Below are positions 51,206-62,681 of a stretch of DNA of 64,000 bases, piece after piece. The notes under the pieces are model-generated. The model searched no databases, had not been told where the DNA came from, and saw only the letters and a list, made by a program, of their open reading frames with translations. Numbering within the stretch: the stretch's first letter is position 1; every line of letters starts with the position of its first letter. This stretch comes from an uncultured Planctomycetia bacterium. GTDB lineage: Bacteria; Planctomycetota; Planctomycetia; Pirellulales; PALSA-1355. The DNA lies in contig CAWECK010000001.1 in assembly GCA_963807715.1 (NCBI GenBank), forward strand, positions 672,638 through 736,637. The letters run 5' to 3'. Made by a program: the position numbers and the translations under genes.

Positions 51206-52274
51206 ATGGATGTCAGCAACGCCATGCCCTCCCCTGCCCTTGTCACTCGCCGCGGCTCGCTCAGGCTCATCACGGCCGTCGTCGTCATTGCGATCGGTGC
51301 TCTTTCCACGCGATTCGCACAGGCGGAAGCTGCTCCCGGCGAAGGTTGCTTTGTTTTCAGCTACTTCAAAGGCAACGGCGCAGACGGACTGCACCTCGCC
51401 TGGAGCCGCGACGCTCTGCATTGGGAACCGCTGAATGATGACCAGCCCCTGACGTCTCCCTCCGTGGGCGGAAAGCTCATGCGTGATCCATCCATCGTGC
51501 GCGGTCCCGATGGGGTGTTTCACATGGTATGGTCGACCGGTTGGTGGGATCTGGGATTCGGCTATGCCTCGTCCAAGGATCTCATGCACTGGAGCGAGCA
51601 GCGCTTCGTCCCCGTCAATAAGGAGGTTGCAGTGCGAAGACACTTGGGCGCCCGACCTCTTCTATGATGCCCCGACGCGGCAGTACGTGATTCTATTCTC
51701 GACGACCATTCCAGGCCGCTTTCCGGAGACCGATGAAGGCGGAGACCACAATCATCGGCCTTACTGGATCACCACGCAGGACTTCTTGTCGTTTTCCGCG
51801 CCGGCTTTGGCCTTCGATCCCGGTTACAACAGCATCGACGGCACCCTGCTCTCGATCAACGGCGGACTGACTCTGATCTACAAAGACGAGCGGCCTGGCC
51901 ATAAGCGCCTGCATGCCGTCACCGCGTCAGCCTTCGGAAAGCCCTGGTCGCCGCCAACCGGGCCGATCCTCGAGCGCGACTGGATCGAAGGGCCGACCGT
52001 TTTGAACACCGGCAAGATGTGGCTGCTCTACTTCGACTGCTACCGCGCAGGGCACTACGGCGCCGCGGAAAGCCAAGACGGCATTCACTGGACGGACATC
52101 ACTGACAAACTGAAAATGCCGCGCGGAGCCAGGCACGGCACGGCCTTGGCCGTCACCCCCGACATTCTGGATCCGCTACGGAAGCTGAAGCCCGTCTCTT
52201 CCCCATCCAAGCAGCCAGCGCCTCAAGCGCTCCGTCAACCGCCAGGCAGGTCCAGGCTCGCCCGTGCCAGATGA
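51206..52274 (+). CDS. Glycoside-hydrolase family 43-like beta-propeller protein (secreted), one frame change near 51630
   Basis: 'LMRDPSIVRGPDGVFHMVWS' (ORF 51206..51667). 'TWAPDLFYD', 'IEGPTVL' and 'GARHGTAL' (ORF 51483..52274) fit the Asp, Asp, Glu catalytic layout of GH43-type five-bladed propellers. Confidence 0.6.
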
Positions 52275-52454
52275 GCCAGGCACGGAAGTAACCGACCTGC
52301 ACGACCAGGCTTAGATTGCGCCACCTGTCGCGTACATTTTACGGAAAATTAGGTTCTGGCAGCTAGCATGCCGCGGCGGCGGAATTATAATCCACGAAAT
52401 GCCAATTCCTGTCTTCTTCCGGCAGGATCAGGGCTAACTGGCTAAAAATGGAGA

Positions 52455-53313
52455 ATGCGTGGCATGCGTAAAGCGGTCATTTCTCTACTTGTCGCGCTGT
52501 GCGGCTGTGCCATCGCGCGGGCTCAAAATCCTCTCGATGACGTCTACAACTGGCGCGAGCCGAAGGCTACCACCGACCCGAGCGCCGTCAAGAAGTGGCC
52601 CCCTTACTACAAACCGACGCCGATGCTCCCCGAGCACCAGGTCAAATACGCCAATGGCTGGTGCACGGTCCGCACAACGGCCAACTTCCGCGCTACCCCG
52701 ACGTACACGATCGAGGACGATGAAATCATCGACGTCAACAAGCTGCCGGAGACGAAGTTCACCGGCAAGATCGTGGCCACCCGCCCTGGCCAACTGCTAG
52801 TACGCAATGAGGCCAAAGAACAATTTGAAGTGACCATTCACCCTGACCCGCAGCTTTCCTTTGTCGCAATCCGCGGAGATGTGAAGCCGGAGGCCCTGAA
52901 GTCGGGGATGTTTGTTCGCTTCTCGGGCAAGGTCGACCAGCATGGCGAAGCGCGGGAAGTCGAGGAACTGGAACTGATCGCTCAGTGCGAAGAAGCTCCA
53001 ACGTCGACCGTTCGCGTCGACGAGCGGCAGGTGTTCGTTGCCCGCTACGCCAACCGTAAAGGGGACCAATTGAGCCTGCGAACCAAGTGCGACAGCGTCC
53101 CCCGCCTCTCGGTCAAGCTACCCGACGCCGAACGCATGGGCCTGCGCCAGCGATTACCTGCTGGCCGCCGAGGGAGATGAAGTCAGCCTGAAGGGAAGAC
53201 TCTATCACCCCGCCACCGATAAGCCGGCCGGCGACGAAATTTTCGCCGCCGAAGTGAAAATCAAGCTCGCCAAGCCCGTCGCCAATGTCACCAAAGGGCG
53301 GCGAAAGACCTAG
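52455..53313 (+). CDS. Secreted or lipoprotein-like hypothetical protein, one frame change near 53130
   Basis: 'MRGMRKAVISLLVALCGCAIARAQNP' (signal peptide; the second Met at 52464 has better SD spacing). ORF 52455..53180 continues in frame 1 as '...ASDYLLAAEGDEVSLKGRLYHPATDKPAGDEIFAAEVKIKLAKP...' to TAG at 53311-53313. I recognise no family. Confidence 0.45.
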
Positions 53314-53402
53314 CCAAGCGCGTCAGGCACGGGAACGCCTGGCCACCACGGCCTTCCGTCACGTTCGGGCCAAAACCCAAACGCGGAATCAGCGAACGCC
53401 CG

Positions 53403-54919
53403 TTAGGCAGCTTTTCGGCGTTGATCCTGCGCCGCAGGCGCCGCGAACGGAATTGCCACCAAGACGCGATCTTCCTCGGTCGCCTCAACCGCCTCCACGC
53501 TCGCCGCCTTGGCCCGGCAGTGAAGGATATAACCGCACATGCCCATCGTGATCAAGCAGACCCAAGTCAGATGGCCATAGGCTTGCAATTGCACGTGGGC
53601 CGCTCGACCAATAATGTCTCTGCCGGCGATTCCGTTGCAAAGCAAGAGCCCCAGCCCAGCGCCAACCCACGGATCGCGTCGACGGTAGAGAAAGTCCACG
53701 CAGCAGAAGCAAATCGGCGCCAGCAAGAAACAAAAGTGTTGCACGCTGCTCATCGGGGATAGCAGCAGCATGCCGCACAGCACGGCGCCGCCTTGGCCCA
53801 GCGCCGAGAACGTCTGCTCCTCGTTGTTCACTCCGCGCGTTCGCTTTGGCCATGTGCAAAAAAGCAACAACCCCACGACGCATAATTCGGCCCCGATCGT
53901 CACGATTCGCAGACCCGCGGGGCTGAGGTCGATCAAGGAGACGTCCCATCGCCAACCGGGGACGTTCTCCACGCGTGTGAACAGCCGGGACAGCGTGCCG
54001 GGAAGGCTTTGATTCAACTCATTCCACGAGGCCCAAGAGCCGGAGACGTCGGGCACCGCGCCGATATTCACGTGGGCGATGAACTTCTGATACCACGCGC
54101 CAACCCACAGGCCACCCTCGCGGTTCGGAAACAGCAGGTCCGGCAGCAAGGTGGCGAGAACGGCCAGCGCGACCATCGACGCCGCGGCGCGCCACTGTCG
54201 TTGCCAGAGAAACACCGGCAGAAACAATAGCGGCGTGGCCTTTGCCGCCGCCGCCAATCCGGCAAATGCGCCGATGCGGGCGCTTGACCCGCCGGCCCAG
54301 GCGGTCATGGCCAACATCGCAAACAGATAAACCCAATAGTCATGACCTTGATAGGCCAATTGCATAAGCTCATAGCGCGTCGTGAGCAGCCCGACGGCGC
54401 CGATGGCCACCCCGGAGCGCAACGATACGTTTGACTTTCGTCAGGCCGGCCTTCCACGGGAATGACCGGCCGGACCAATCGAAAGGTCATCCAGACGATG
54501 GCCGCCAGCAGGCTGAGGTTCATCATGCTCCACGTCGCCCGCGCCACGCGATCGGGCAAGAACGTTAGCGGCGCGTACGGCAGGACCATGAATGGCGGAT
54601 ACGTGAAACTCGGCGGATCGTTGGGGCAATAGAATTGCTCTCCCCGCAAAGCGTGCTCGGCCGCCTTGCGGTAAATCCGATTCTCGCCAGTGCGTTTGTC
54701 GGATGCCGTGATAAGAACAGACAGCAATGCCAGGCAGGTCAGACCGAGGGCCCAAAATGCGATCGTTCGCAGTCGCGATGGCGAGTAAGCAGACGCGGCG
54801 GGTTGGAATATCCGCAGCGTGTCGGCGCTCGCGAGATCAACTTCGTGCCGTGATCCTGTCACAGGCGGCGTGGCGCTCCGGATCTTGGACCATCGCTGAA
54901 GATCCAGGTTTGAATGCAC
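53403..54919 (-). CDS. DUF2029 / GT87-like membrane glycosyltransferase, one frame change near 54420
   Basis: Polytopic membrane protein across ORFs 54305..54919 and 53403..54422. 'FYCPNDPPSFTYPPFMVLPYAPLTFLP' resembles the conserved first loop of GT87/PimE-like mannosyltransferases. The start codon is uncertain (GTG at 54919). Confidence 0.5.
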
Positions 54920-55230
54920 GAGCGTAGACCCAAGGGCCAGGTGTTGGCGCGTCCAGAACTTTGAGGAGCACCTCTAAACGGGCCGGATACTTGAAGAATC
55001 GACGGGCGCCAACGATAAATTCATCCCGAGCGTTGCAGGCGTTAAAGTTTGACATGTTAAGCTAGCAGTCGAATGGCTAGTTGGGACAGAAGGACGGGAA
55101 GGGCGCGAGGAATGTCAAGTTCTTTGCATTGCAAACCCGTAGATTCTTTTTTTGACGACATTTTCTTGTGTGGCGAACCGTCCGGCCTTAACGCGAACGA
55201 GGTTTCGCCGCAATTAGCGACGAATGCCGT

Positions 55231-55304
55231 CTCCGCGATCTCCGCGCCTCCGCGTGATCTGCTTCAACTTGTTTTGTTCACGCGGAGGCGCGGAGATCGC
55301 GGAG
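55231..55304. repeat. 27-bp perfect inverted repeat with 20-nt loop (intergenic palindrome)
   Basis: 'CTCCGCGATCTCCGCGCCTCCGCGTGA' (55231-55257) is the exact reverse complement of 55278-55304. The loop is 'TCTGCTTCAACTTGTTTTGT'. It lies between the GT87-like gene start and the 3' end of the FAD-oxidoreductase gene. Confidence 0.85.
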
Positions 55305-55465
55305 GCGAGAACGACCACGACCCAAAGGTGCGCGTGGTGCCAGCACTCGTGCTCTTGTTCACCATTGGGTTGCGGCCTTACGTGCCGCGCTAGGTCCTTT
55401 GCGACCTTTTGTTCAAGAATCGTTCCCATGGATGACGGGCGACCATGCGCAGACCAATCGCCGGC

Positions 55466-57541
55466 TCACGGTGCCGGGACCAGTTGCACTGCGTCGACGA
55501 TGACATAGCCGTCGCAGCCGTCGTTCGAGATGACGATCACGGCCGGCCGATCGGCGTCGAAGTGGAACGTGCCCACCGGCTGGAACAACTTGTCGATCGC
55601 CGGCGTTTGCTGCTCGTTGACGCGCACGGTTTGCTGGACCGTCTGCCGTGGCGATCGTCACCGGCACATTAGTCGCCCGGTTTGGCAGGGCCGAATAGGC
55701 GATGCGGACTTCGTAGCGGCCCGCGGTTTTCACCGGCAGCTCGAAGCGGGCTTCTTTGTGGCCGGGCGGATGCAGCTTGTCGAACTTGTCGTGCGAGTAG
55801 CCCACGCCGACGTAGCTGGAGAAACCGTGCTGGTGGCCCATTCGCCCGTGAACTTCGCCTGCCCGATCATCCGCCACGATGCCGGGCAACTTGCGCGGGT
55901 CGACTGCCGCGTGCGATTTGGGCCCGGTCCACTCGAGCACCTGCTTGTCGGCCAACAGCCGCTCGCGCAGTTTCCGCGGATTGACTTGCTGGACCGTCAC
56001 CTGCTCGTCGATCGCCTGGCTGGCGGCTGTGGCCGATGACTGGCCCAGCACCATGAATACCGGTTCCATGCGAATCGAGCCGTAAGCGATGTGCGTGGCC
56101 GACAGGCAGATCGGCACCAGCAGGTTCGAGCATTCGGCGGCCTTCGGAACGATCGACTTGATAGGCGACCGGGTACGGCACGAAGCCGTGGACCTGCACG
56201 TCCCCTTCGTTGCTGGCGTAGCCGTCCTTGACGTAGCGCTGCGTGTTGTGCGAATCCATGCCGTAGGCTCCCATGCCGACCGGGTCGGGGGCCGTTTCGT
56301 GAACCGCGGCAATTGTGCTCGGTCATCACATAATCGGAGATCATGCGGCGGGCCTCGCGTACATACAACTGGTGCGGCCAGTTGCCGGTGTCGCTGAATT
56401 CGTCCTTCGATAACCCCCAATTACTGATCTGAGTCCGGATTTTCTCCGGCACGCGCGGATCGTTGGCCAGAAAATACATCAAGCCTTGCTGGTACGTGAC
56501 GTGCTCGTTCCAAATCCGCTCTGCGCGTGGCATAGTCGCCGTCGGGATAGTCGTAGTTCATGCCGATGTTGTCGGTCGAAAAGCCGCCGTTGTTGTTCGT
56601 ATCGGTCTTGTGATTCGGCATCGGCTGGTTGTTGCCGAGCACGTCCCACGTGCCGGCCTGGATGTAGCGCAGCAGCAGTTCGTAGCGCAGCGGGTCGTAG
56701 CCGTGCGGCTTGGGCCAGGCCACGCGATTGGCCGGATCGTCGGTCATGCACATGCGAAAGTTGTAGGCCTGCACCCGGTGGTCCCCTTGGCCGTGCTCGC
56801 CCGGCGACCCGTCATGGATGCCCGGCAACAGCCCGCTGGCGGGATTGCCCGGCTGAACGTAGGGATCGACCGGCCGATTGAACTGATGCGACTTTGACCC
56901 GAGCTGCACGCCATCGAGCGTTTCGTCGTATTGGCTGGTTGCCCTCGCGGCCCACGGTATACGAGCAGCCGGCCTTGGCCATCAGGTCGCCTTCGTAGCT
57001 GGCGTCGATGAACATCTTGCCCCGATAGGTCTGGCCCGATTCCATCGTGATCGAAACGATCCGCAGGCCGTCTTTCGCGACGCCCCGCTTTCAAGTCGAG
57101 CCGCTGACCGAAGACCACCGGCACTTTCGCCTCGGCCAGCATCGCGCGGAAGGATTTCTTCGGCGGCATGGGGCTCGAAGGTCCACATGGTGTCTTCGAT
57201 GCCGCGATGCCGCTTGCTTGTTGTATTCGTCGCGGGTCTCCTGCTTCCAGGCCTCGGGGCTGCGCGTAGTATTTCGCGACCCGCTGATAAAACTCGCGAG
57301 AGAGGCCGCCGATCGCCGCTTTGTTGCCGATGTCGGACGCCCCCAGCCCGCCGCTGGTCAATCCGCCGATATGCTGCCGAGGCTCGATGAGCACCACGCT
57401 CTTGCCCATGCGGGCGGCCTGCACGGCGGCGGCGGCTCCGCCGGCGGTCCCACCGTAAACGACGATGTCAACTTCCTGCTGGGCGGCGGCCACGGTGGAC
57501 AGCAGCAGGGAAACTACGAGACCAGGGAGTAAGCGAGTCAT
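55466..57541 (-). pseudogene. Secreted FAD-dependent oxidoreductase with C-terminal carbohydrate-binding-like domain, many frame changes
   Basis: ATG 57541 opens 'MTRLLPGLVVSLLLSTVAAAQQEVDIVVYGGTAGGAAAAVQAARMGKSVVLIEP', a signal peptide plus dinucleotide-binding motif. Readable pieces are in ORFs 56744..57541, 56421..56909, 55997..56533, 55867..56274 and 55413..56420. The last frame ends '...DGYVIVDAVQLVPAP*' with its stop at 55466-55468. Confidence 0.6.
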
Positions 57542-57794
57542 AGGATCGGTTCCGCGAGCCGAGGGATCGGATGGAACCGTCTAATTTAACCACAAAAACG
57601 AGGCGAGGCGACGCCGGGGGTAAAAAAGTTAGCCAGCCTCAGGCAGCCACGGTGATCCGGCCGCGGGGCAGCGGAAGCACCGCTCGCGGTCCTGGTGCCA
57701 TCGCTCCGTGCGGCGTGATAGAATCCGCATAGCGAAAACAGCCCCGGCGTTGGCGTCGCAATGCACTCCTTCAATTCCTCCCAGGCGACCTCTT

Positions 57795-59716
57795 ATGAAA
57801 TCAATCTTCATCTCCCTGTGCTTGGCTTGCTCGGCAGTGGCATTGCTGCCGGTCGTCTCGGCGGCTGCCCCCGCGGCCAGTCAGAAACCGAACATTGTGT
57901 TGATCTTCATTGACGATCTGGGCTACGGCGATATCGGTCCGTTCGGCTCGACCAAGAACCGCACGCCGAATCTGGATCGCATGGCGCACGAAGGGATGAA
58001 ACTAACCAGCTTTTACGCCGCGCCGGTCTGTTCCGTTTCTCGCGCAAGTCATCACCGGTTGCTACGGACAACGCGTTTCGATTCCCGGCGTTTTCGGGCC
58101 CGCCAACCGCCACGGCATTAATGCCGCCGAGCACACCGTGGCGGAACTGTTGAAGGATCAAGGTTACGCGACCATTTGCATCGGCAAGTGGCACCTCGGC
58201 GATCAGCCCGCATTTCTGCCGACGCGGCACGGCTTCGACGGATACTTTGGCATTCCATACTCCAACGACATGCAGCGCAAATCGACGGATACCGGGAAGC
58301 GGGTCGTGCCGCTGGTGCGCGACGAGCGCGTCATCGAACTGCTCGGCGACGAAGATCAAAACCGGATCGTCCAGCGTTACACGGACGAAGCGCTGAAGTT
58401 TATCCGCGACAATCAAACTCGGCCTTTCTTCCTTTATCTGCCGCACACGGCCGTGCACGTGCCAATTCATCCCGGAGACAACTTTCGCGGAAAGTCCAGC
58501 AACGGAGAATTCGGCGACTGGGTCGAGGAAGTCGATTGGAGCGTGGGACGCATTTTCGAGGCGCTTGCGCGAAGCGAAGCTGGACGACAACACCCTCGTG
58601 ATTTTCAGCAGCGACAACGGCCCCTGGCTCAAACAAGGCAAAGACGGAGGCGAGGCGGGCCCGCTGCGCGGCGGCAAGACGTCGACGTTCGAAGGTGGCG
58701 TGCGCGTGCCGACTTTGGCCTGGTGGCCCGGTAAGATCGCTGCCGGGAGCGCGTGCGACGCCATTGCGGGAAATATCGACTTTTTGCCGACCTTCGTGAC
58801 GCTCGCCGGCGGCAGCGTGCCCTCGGACCGCAAGATCGACGGCCGCGACATCTCGCCGCTATTGCTGGGAAAGACGCAAGATTCGCCGCACGAGGCCCGG
58901 TACTACTACAAGAACTACAAGCTGGAAGCCGTCCGTGTCGGCCCCTGGAAACTTTCGCTGGGCACCCGGACGGAAGACGTGGCCAATTCGCAGATCGAGG
59001 GAGTCTCGCTTTACAATCTCGACCAGGACATCGGCGAACGGACCAACATCGCCACCGAACACCCCGAGGTGGTCAGCCGCTTGCAACGACTCATCGACAA
59101 AATGGCCGCCGAACTGGGCAATGGGAAGCCGGGTCCCGAAGTACGACCCGCCGGAGAAGTGGAACCAGCCGCGACGCTTTATCCCAGCGACGAGCCGGTC
59201 AGAAAGAAGCCGGCCAAAAACGTCGTGATGCTCGTGGCCCCCACGATCGGCGAAACGCTACGCGGCGAAGCTGCGCCGCAAGTGGAGAATCAAGCTTTGG
59301 AAATCAGTTGCGAAGTCGAACCGAAGTCAGCCAGCGGCGTGATCGTCGCGCAGGGAGGCGCCTCGGCCGGATACGCAATTTATCTGCAAGCGGGACGCGT
59401 CAACTTCGCCGTTCGCACAGGCGGTCAAACCGTCACGAACATTGCGGCCGCGGACACGCCGTCAGATCGCATTTTGATCGAAGCCCGGCTGGCGATCAGC
59501 GGCGACATGACGCTCTCCGTTAACGGCAAGCCGGCCGCCGCGGGCAAAGCCCCCGGTGCTCTGCCGCACCAACCAGGAGAGGCCTTTTGCGTGGGGCACG
59601 ACGACGGCAGGCCCGTCGGTGATTACGACGGGGCGAAACGATTTGACGGCACGATCAAACAACTCAAGATCGTGGCCGGCCAGGGAGCTTTGCCAAGCGA
59701 ACCGGTTAAGCCCTGA
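57795..59716 (+). pseudogene. Arylsulfatase-family protein with C-terminal LamG-like domain, two frame changes
   Basis: ATG 57795 opens 'MKSIFISLCLACSAVALLPVVSAAAP' (signal peptide). 'PNIVLIFIDDLGYGDIGPFG' is the metal-binding DD motif. The active-site region reads 'PVCSVSRA' where the canonical motif is C-x-P-x-R. 'GKWHLG' is in ORF 58138..58734 and 'VIFSSDNGPW...GGKTSTFEGGVRVP' in ORF 58565..59716. Confidence 0.8.
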
Positions 59717-59902
59717 TGCTTGCTGAAACGTGATACTACGGCAATATGCCTGGGAACCGGCGCCGGGTGCTAGAACTAGAACGGGCTCAGTTATTGACCG
59801 GAAACCGACCGAACGATGCACAACGTGGACTGGACAAACCGCCAACGCTTACTGGCCTAAACTCTGAAACCAATCGCGTTAGTCGTACTGAATGGATGAA
59901 TA

Positions 59903-60650
59903 ATGAGTGTCTTTTTAAGAAAGATTCGCGTGGCCCTGACTCCAAGGACCTGGCTGCTAAAAACGACCCTTTCGAACGGGGCAGTGATTTATGGGAAAAA
60001 CCAAGCCGGCTTCGGCGGGCGCGGGATTTTCATTTTCCGCGATGCCCTCGAACCGGAGCTCGAGCACCTCGACCAACTCCTGCCGCCGGAAGGAGTTTTG
60101 ATCGATGTGGGAGCCAACACGGGGGTGTATTCACTCAAGGCGGCGAAACACTTCGGTCCCAAGGGTATCGTCGTGGCCATCGAACCGTTTCCGGACGTGT
60201 TGGCCACCTTATTGCATAGCGTCCAGGCTAACGCTTTCACCAACGTGCGATTGAGGAACTTCTCGCCGGGGAGAAGACCGGCGCTCGACCCTGTGGCTGA
60301 ACATGGGCCACCCGAATATGTTCAGCCTGCTTAATCGCGATGCGGGAGCTTCGTGCCTCTCGACCCTCACCGTGGCGCTCGATGATCTGTTTGAATGGGA
60401 AGGCCTTTCCCGGTTGGACTACTTGAAGATTGACGCGGAAGGCGCCGAGGAGCAGGTCCTCGCCGGCGCCAGGCGGATCCTCGCCCGATTTCGGCCTATC
60501 ATCCAAGCCGAGGTGCTGCTCCGGGATGCCTCCGTGAGCCTGCCGGATTACTCTGTTTTTGCCGCGGCCGGGAGCCCAAATAAAATTTGTATTCCCAACG
60601 AAAGCGCCCACATCGGCTTACCCAAACAATGGGGCTGGAGCCAGCTCTAG
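59903..60650 (+). CDS. FkbM-family SAM-dependent methyltransferase, one frame change near 60260-60300
   Basis: 'VLIDVGANTGVYSLKAAKHFGPKGIVVAIEPFPD' (ORF 59903..60334) and 'LDYLKIDAEGAEEQVLAGARRIL' (ORF 60303..60650) are FkbM hallmarks. Confidence 0.7.
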
Positions 60651-60698
60651 CGCGCCGCATGCCGGCAAATCTCGCGTTGGGAACCGCAGCTGGGACGG

Positions 60699-61352
60699 TT
60701 AAACGGCCATGCGCGGTCGGAAAACGCCGATATTCCAGGTAATGTTCTTACTATTGGTGACGGTTTGTTTTTGGATGCATTCGTAATCGGAGGTGAGGTT
60801 TTCCCAGAAACGGCTATAGCGCCGCGGGGCATTACCAGGATGGTAGGCCGACACCACAAAAACGCCCCCTTCGGCCAATCCGGACTCCAGGTTTTGCAGC
60901 ACCTTCAGAGGACGCCGTAAGTAATAGAGGCATTCGTTCAGCACGATGACGTCAAAGCGTTCGTCTGGCTGATACGTTTCGGCATCCGCCACTTCAAAGC
61001 GGACCTCAGGATGCAGTAGCCGCGCCCGGTCGATCGCTGTACTCGCGATATCCAGACCGAGAAACCGGGCCGGCGTAAATCCCATTTGCTGGAAATGTTC
61101 CAGCAGGATTCCCTCGCCGCAGGCCATGTCCATGATCGATGGCTGTGGCCGGCTGAAACAAAACGAAGCCAAGATTTGGTAGCGCTGGCTTTCTTCCGGG
61201 CTTCGCATGAAGTCCCATTTGCCTTGTGCGTAGCTTTGGCTCCAACTGGCTCCTTCATAGCGGCGGCCCCAGCCCAGGCGGTGGCCCCAGATTCGCCACT
61301 GAAGCCCCCTGACTGTGTGCAAGACTCTGGTTAGCAATTTATCGGTCGTCAT
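60699..61352 (-). CDS. Class I SAM-dependent methyltransferase, intact
   Basis: Motif I 'IMDMACGEGILLEHF', then 'FDVIVLNECLYYL'. 217-aa ORF starting at ATG 61352. Confidence 0.75.
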   Translation of the reverse strand: MTTDKLLTRVLHTVRGLQWRIWGHRLGWGRRYEGASWSQSYAQGKWDFMRSPEESQRYQILASFCFSRPQPSIMDMACGEGILLEHFQQMGFTPARFLGLDIASTAIDRARLLHPEVRFEVADAETYQPDERFDVIVLNECLYYLRRPLKVLQNLESGLAEGGVFVVSAYHPGNAPRRYSRFWENLTSDYECIQKQTVTNSKNITWNIGVFRPRMAV

Positions 61353-61519
61353 CTAAGCGGCTTTAAAAACAACCCGTCACGTCACTCTATCTTCTATGGG
61401 TAAAGTATAGATTGGCTGCTTCTTATGAACAACAAGGCATCTGGCCAGGGGGTTGCCAAGGGGATGGGTAAAGGCGTGATGCTTGGAACAACGCAATTCT
61501 TACGGCATTAAAGGCAAAT

Positions 61520-62539
61520 TTAGGGCAAAATCAGAACTTTGCCGTCGGTCATATGGTCGACGTACTGTTTTAGCCCATCGGCTACCTGAGGCAAGCTGAG
61601 CCGGCGTTGCACCTGGGTCTTGATGCGACCGTCAATTAGCAGACGTTGTACGTGATTGGCTGCCCACAGCGCATTCAATGTCCCGCGCCGTTTCAGCCAC
61701 TTGCCGAGAAAAAAGCCGGTGACGGTTTTGTTGCGGAAGATAAGTTCGAGGGGACTTATTTCTCCGCAGGCTTGCTCGGACAGTCCCCCGTAAACAAAGA
61801 CCGTTGAACCCGAAGGCATGGCGTTTAACAGAATTCCGGTCATGGGTCCGGCAACAGCGTCAAACGCGGCGCCGGCCTGCAAGTCGCCGCAGATTTGCTT
61901 GAGCCGCTCCGGAAAATCGGCCTCTTCCGAGTTGAGGACGTGTTCGGCTCCGAGGGATTTGAGCAAGGCCGCTTGAGCCTCGCGGCGGACGACGGACACT
62001 AGCGGATAACGCAAGTCGGCGGCCATGGTGATCAGCATGCGGCCGAGTTGGCTTGCCCCGGCGGTTTGGACTGCCGCGCGATATCCGTGCCGCCGGGCCG
62101 AGTCCAGCAGCCCCACCGCCGTCATCGGATTGATGATCAGACTCGCTCCCTGTTCGATACTGAGCTGACGCTTGAGTGGAATGCATTGCGCCGCGTCGGT
62201 CAGGCAGTATTCCGCCCAGGTGCCGCCCTGATCGTCTCGCGCCGCGCAGGCGACCCGTTTGCCTTTGAGCCAAGCGGCAAGCAGGCCGCCGCCACTGGCG
62301 ACAACGTGGCCCGCTCCTTCCCAGCCCGGCACCGTGGGCAAGGTTTTCCGAACGCCGTATTTGCCTTGCAGGAACATAAGATCTGACGGATTGCAGGGAG
62401 CCGCCTCGATCTTCACCAGCACCTGTCGATGCCCCGGCGTCGGCACCGGTCGCTGACCGACACGGAGACTGCCGATGGCCTCGGCGGCCGTCTCGTGGTG
62501 CGCGTCCAGAACGATGGCCTGCATTTGCTGTGGGATCAT
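61520..62539 (-). CDS. Medium-chain dehydrogenase/reductase (quinone-oxidoreductase-like), intact
   Basis: ATG 62539 lies 8 nt after GGAGG. 'MQAIVL...PGHRQVLVKIEAAPCNPSDLMFLQGKYG...PGWEGAGHVVASG' gives the GroES-like domain. 'AVQTAGASQLGRMLI' is the Rossmann motif. Confidence 0.8.
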   Translation of the reverse strand: MIPQQMQAIVLDAHHETAAEAIGSLRVGQRPVPTPGHRQVLVKIEAAPCNPSDLMFLQGKYGVRKTLPTVPGWEGAGHVVASGGGLLAAWLKGKRVACAARDDQGGTWAEYCLTDAAQCIPLKRQLSIEQGASLIINPMTAVGLLDSARRHGYRAAVQTAGASQLGRMLITMAADLRYPLVSVVRREAQAALLKSLGAEHVLNSEEADFPERLKQICGDLQAGAAFDAVAGPMTGILLNAMPSGSTVFVYGGLSEQACGEISPLELIFRNKTVTGFFLGKWLKRRGTLNALWAANHVQRLLIDGRIKTQVQRRLSLPQVADGLKQYVDHMTDGKVLILP

Positions 62540-62562
62540 TAGAGCAGCCTCCAAGCGGTAGC

Positions 62563-62676
62563 CGTAGGTCAGGCACTCCCGTGCCTGACATTCGTGCGAG
62601 AGTTCGTCATTCACCGGCAATGCCCGGCATGTTTGCCCAGCTAAGCGACATCAGGCACGGGAGTGCCTGACCTACG
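62563..62676. repeat. Nested palindrome: two inverted 26-bp arms, each itself a hairpin, separated by 62 nt
   Basis: 'CGTAGGTCAGGCACTCCCGTGCCTGA' (62563-62588) is the exact reverse complement of 62651-62676. Each arm folds as GTCAGGCAC-n4-GTGCCTGAC. A degenerate single arm 'TCAGGCACGGGAACGCCTGG' occurs at 53323-53342. Confidence 0.85.
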
Positions 62677-62681
62677 ACTGC

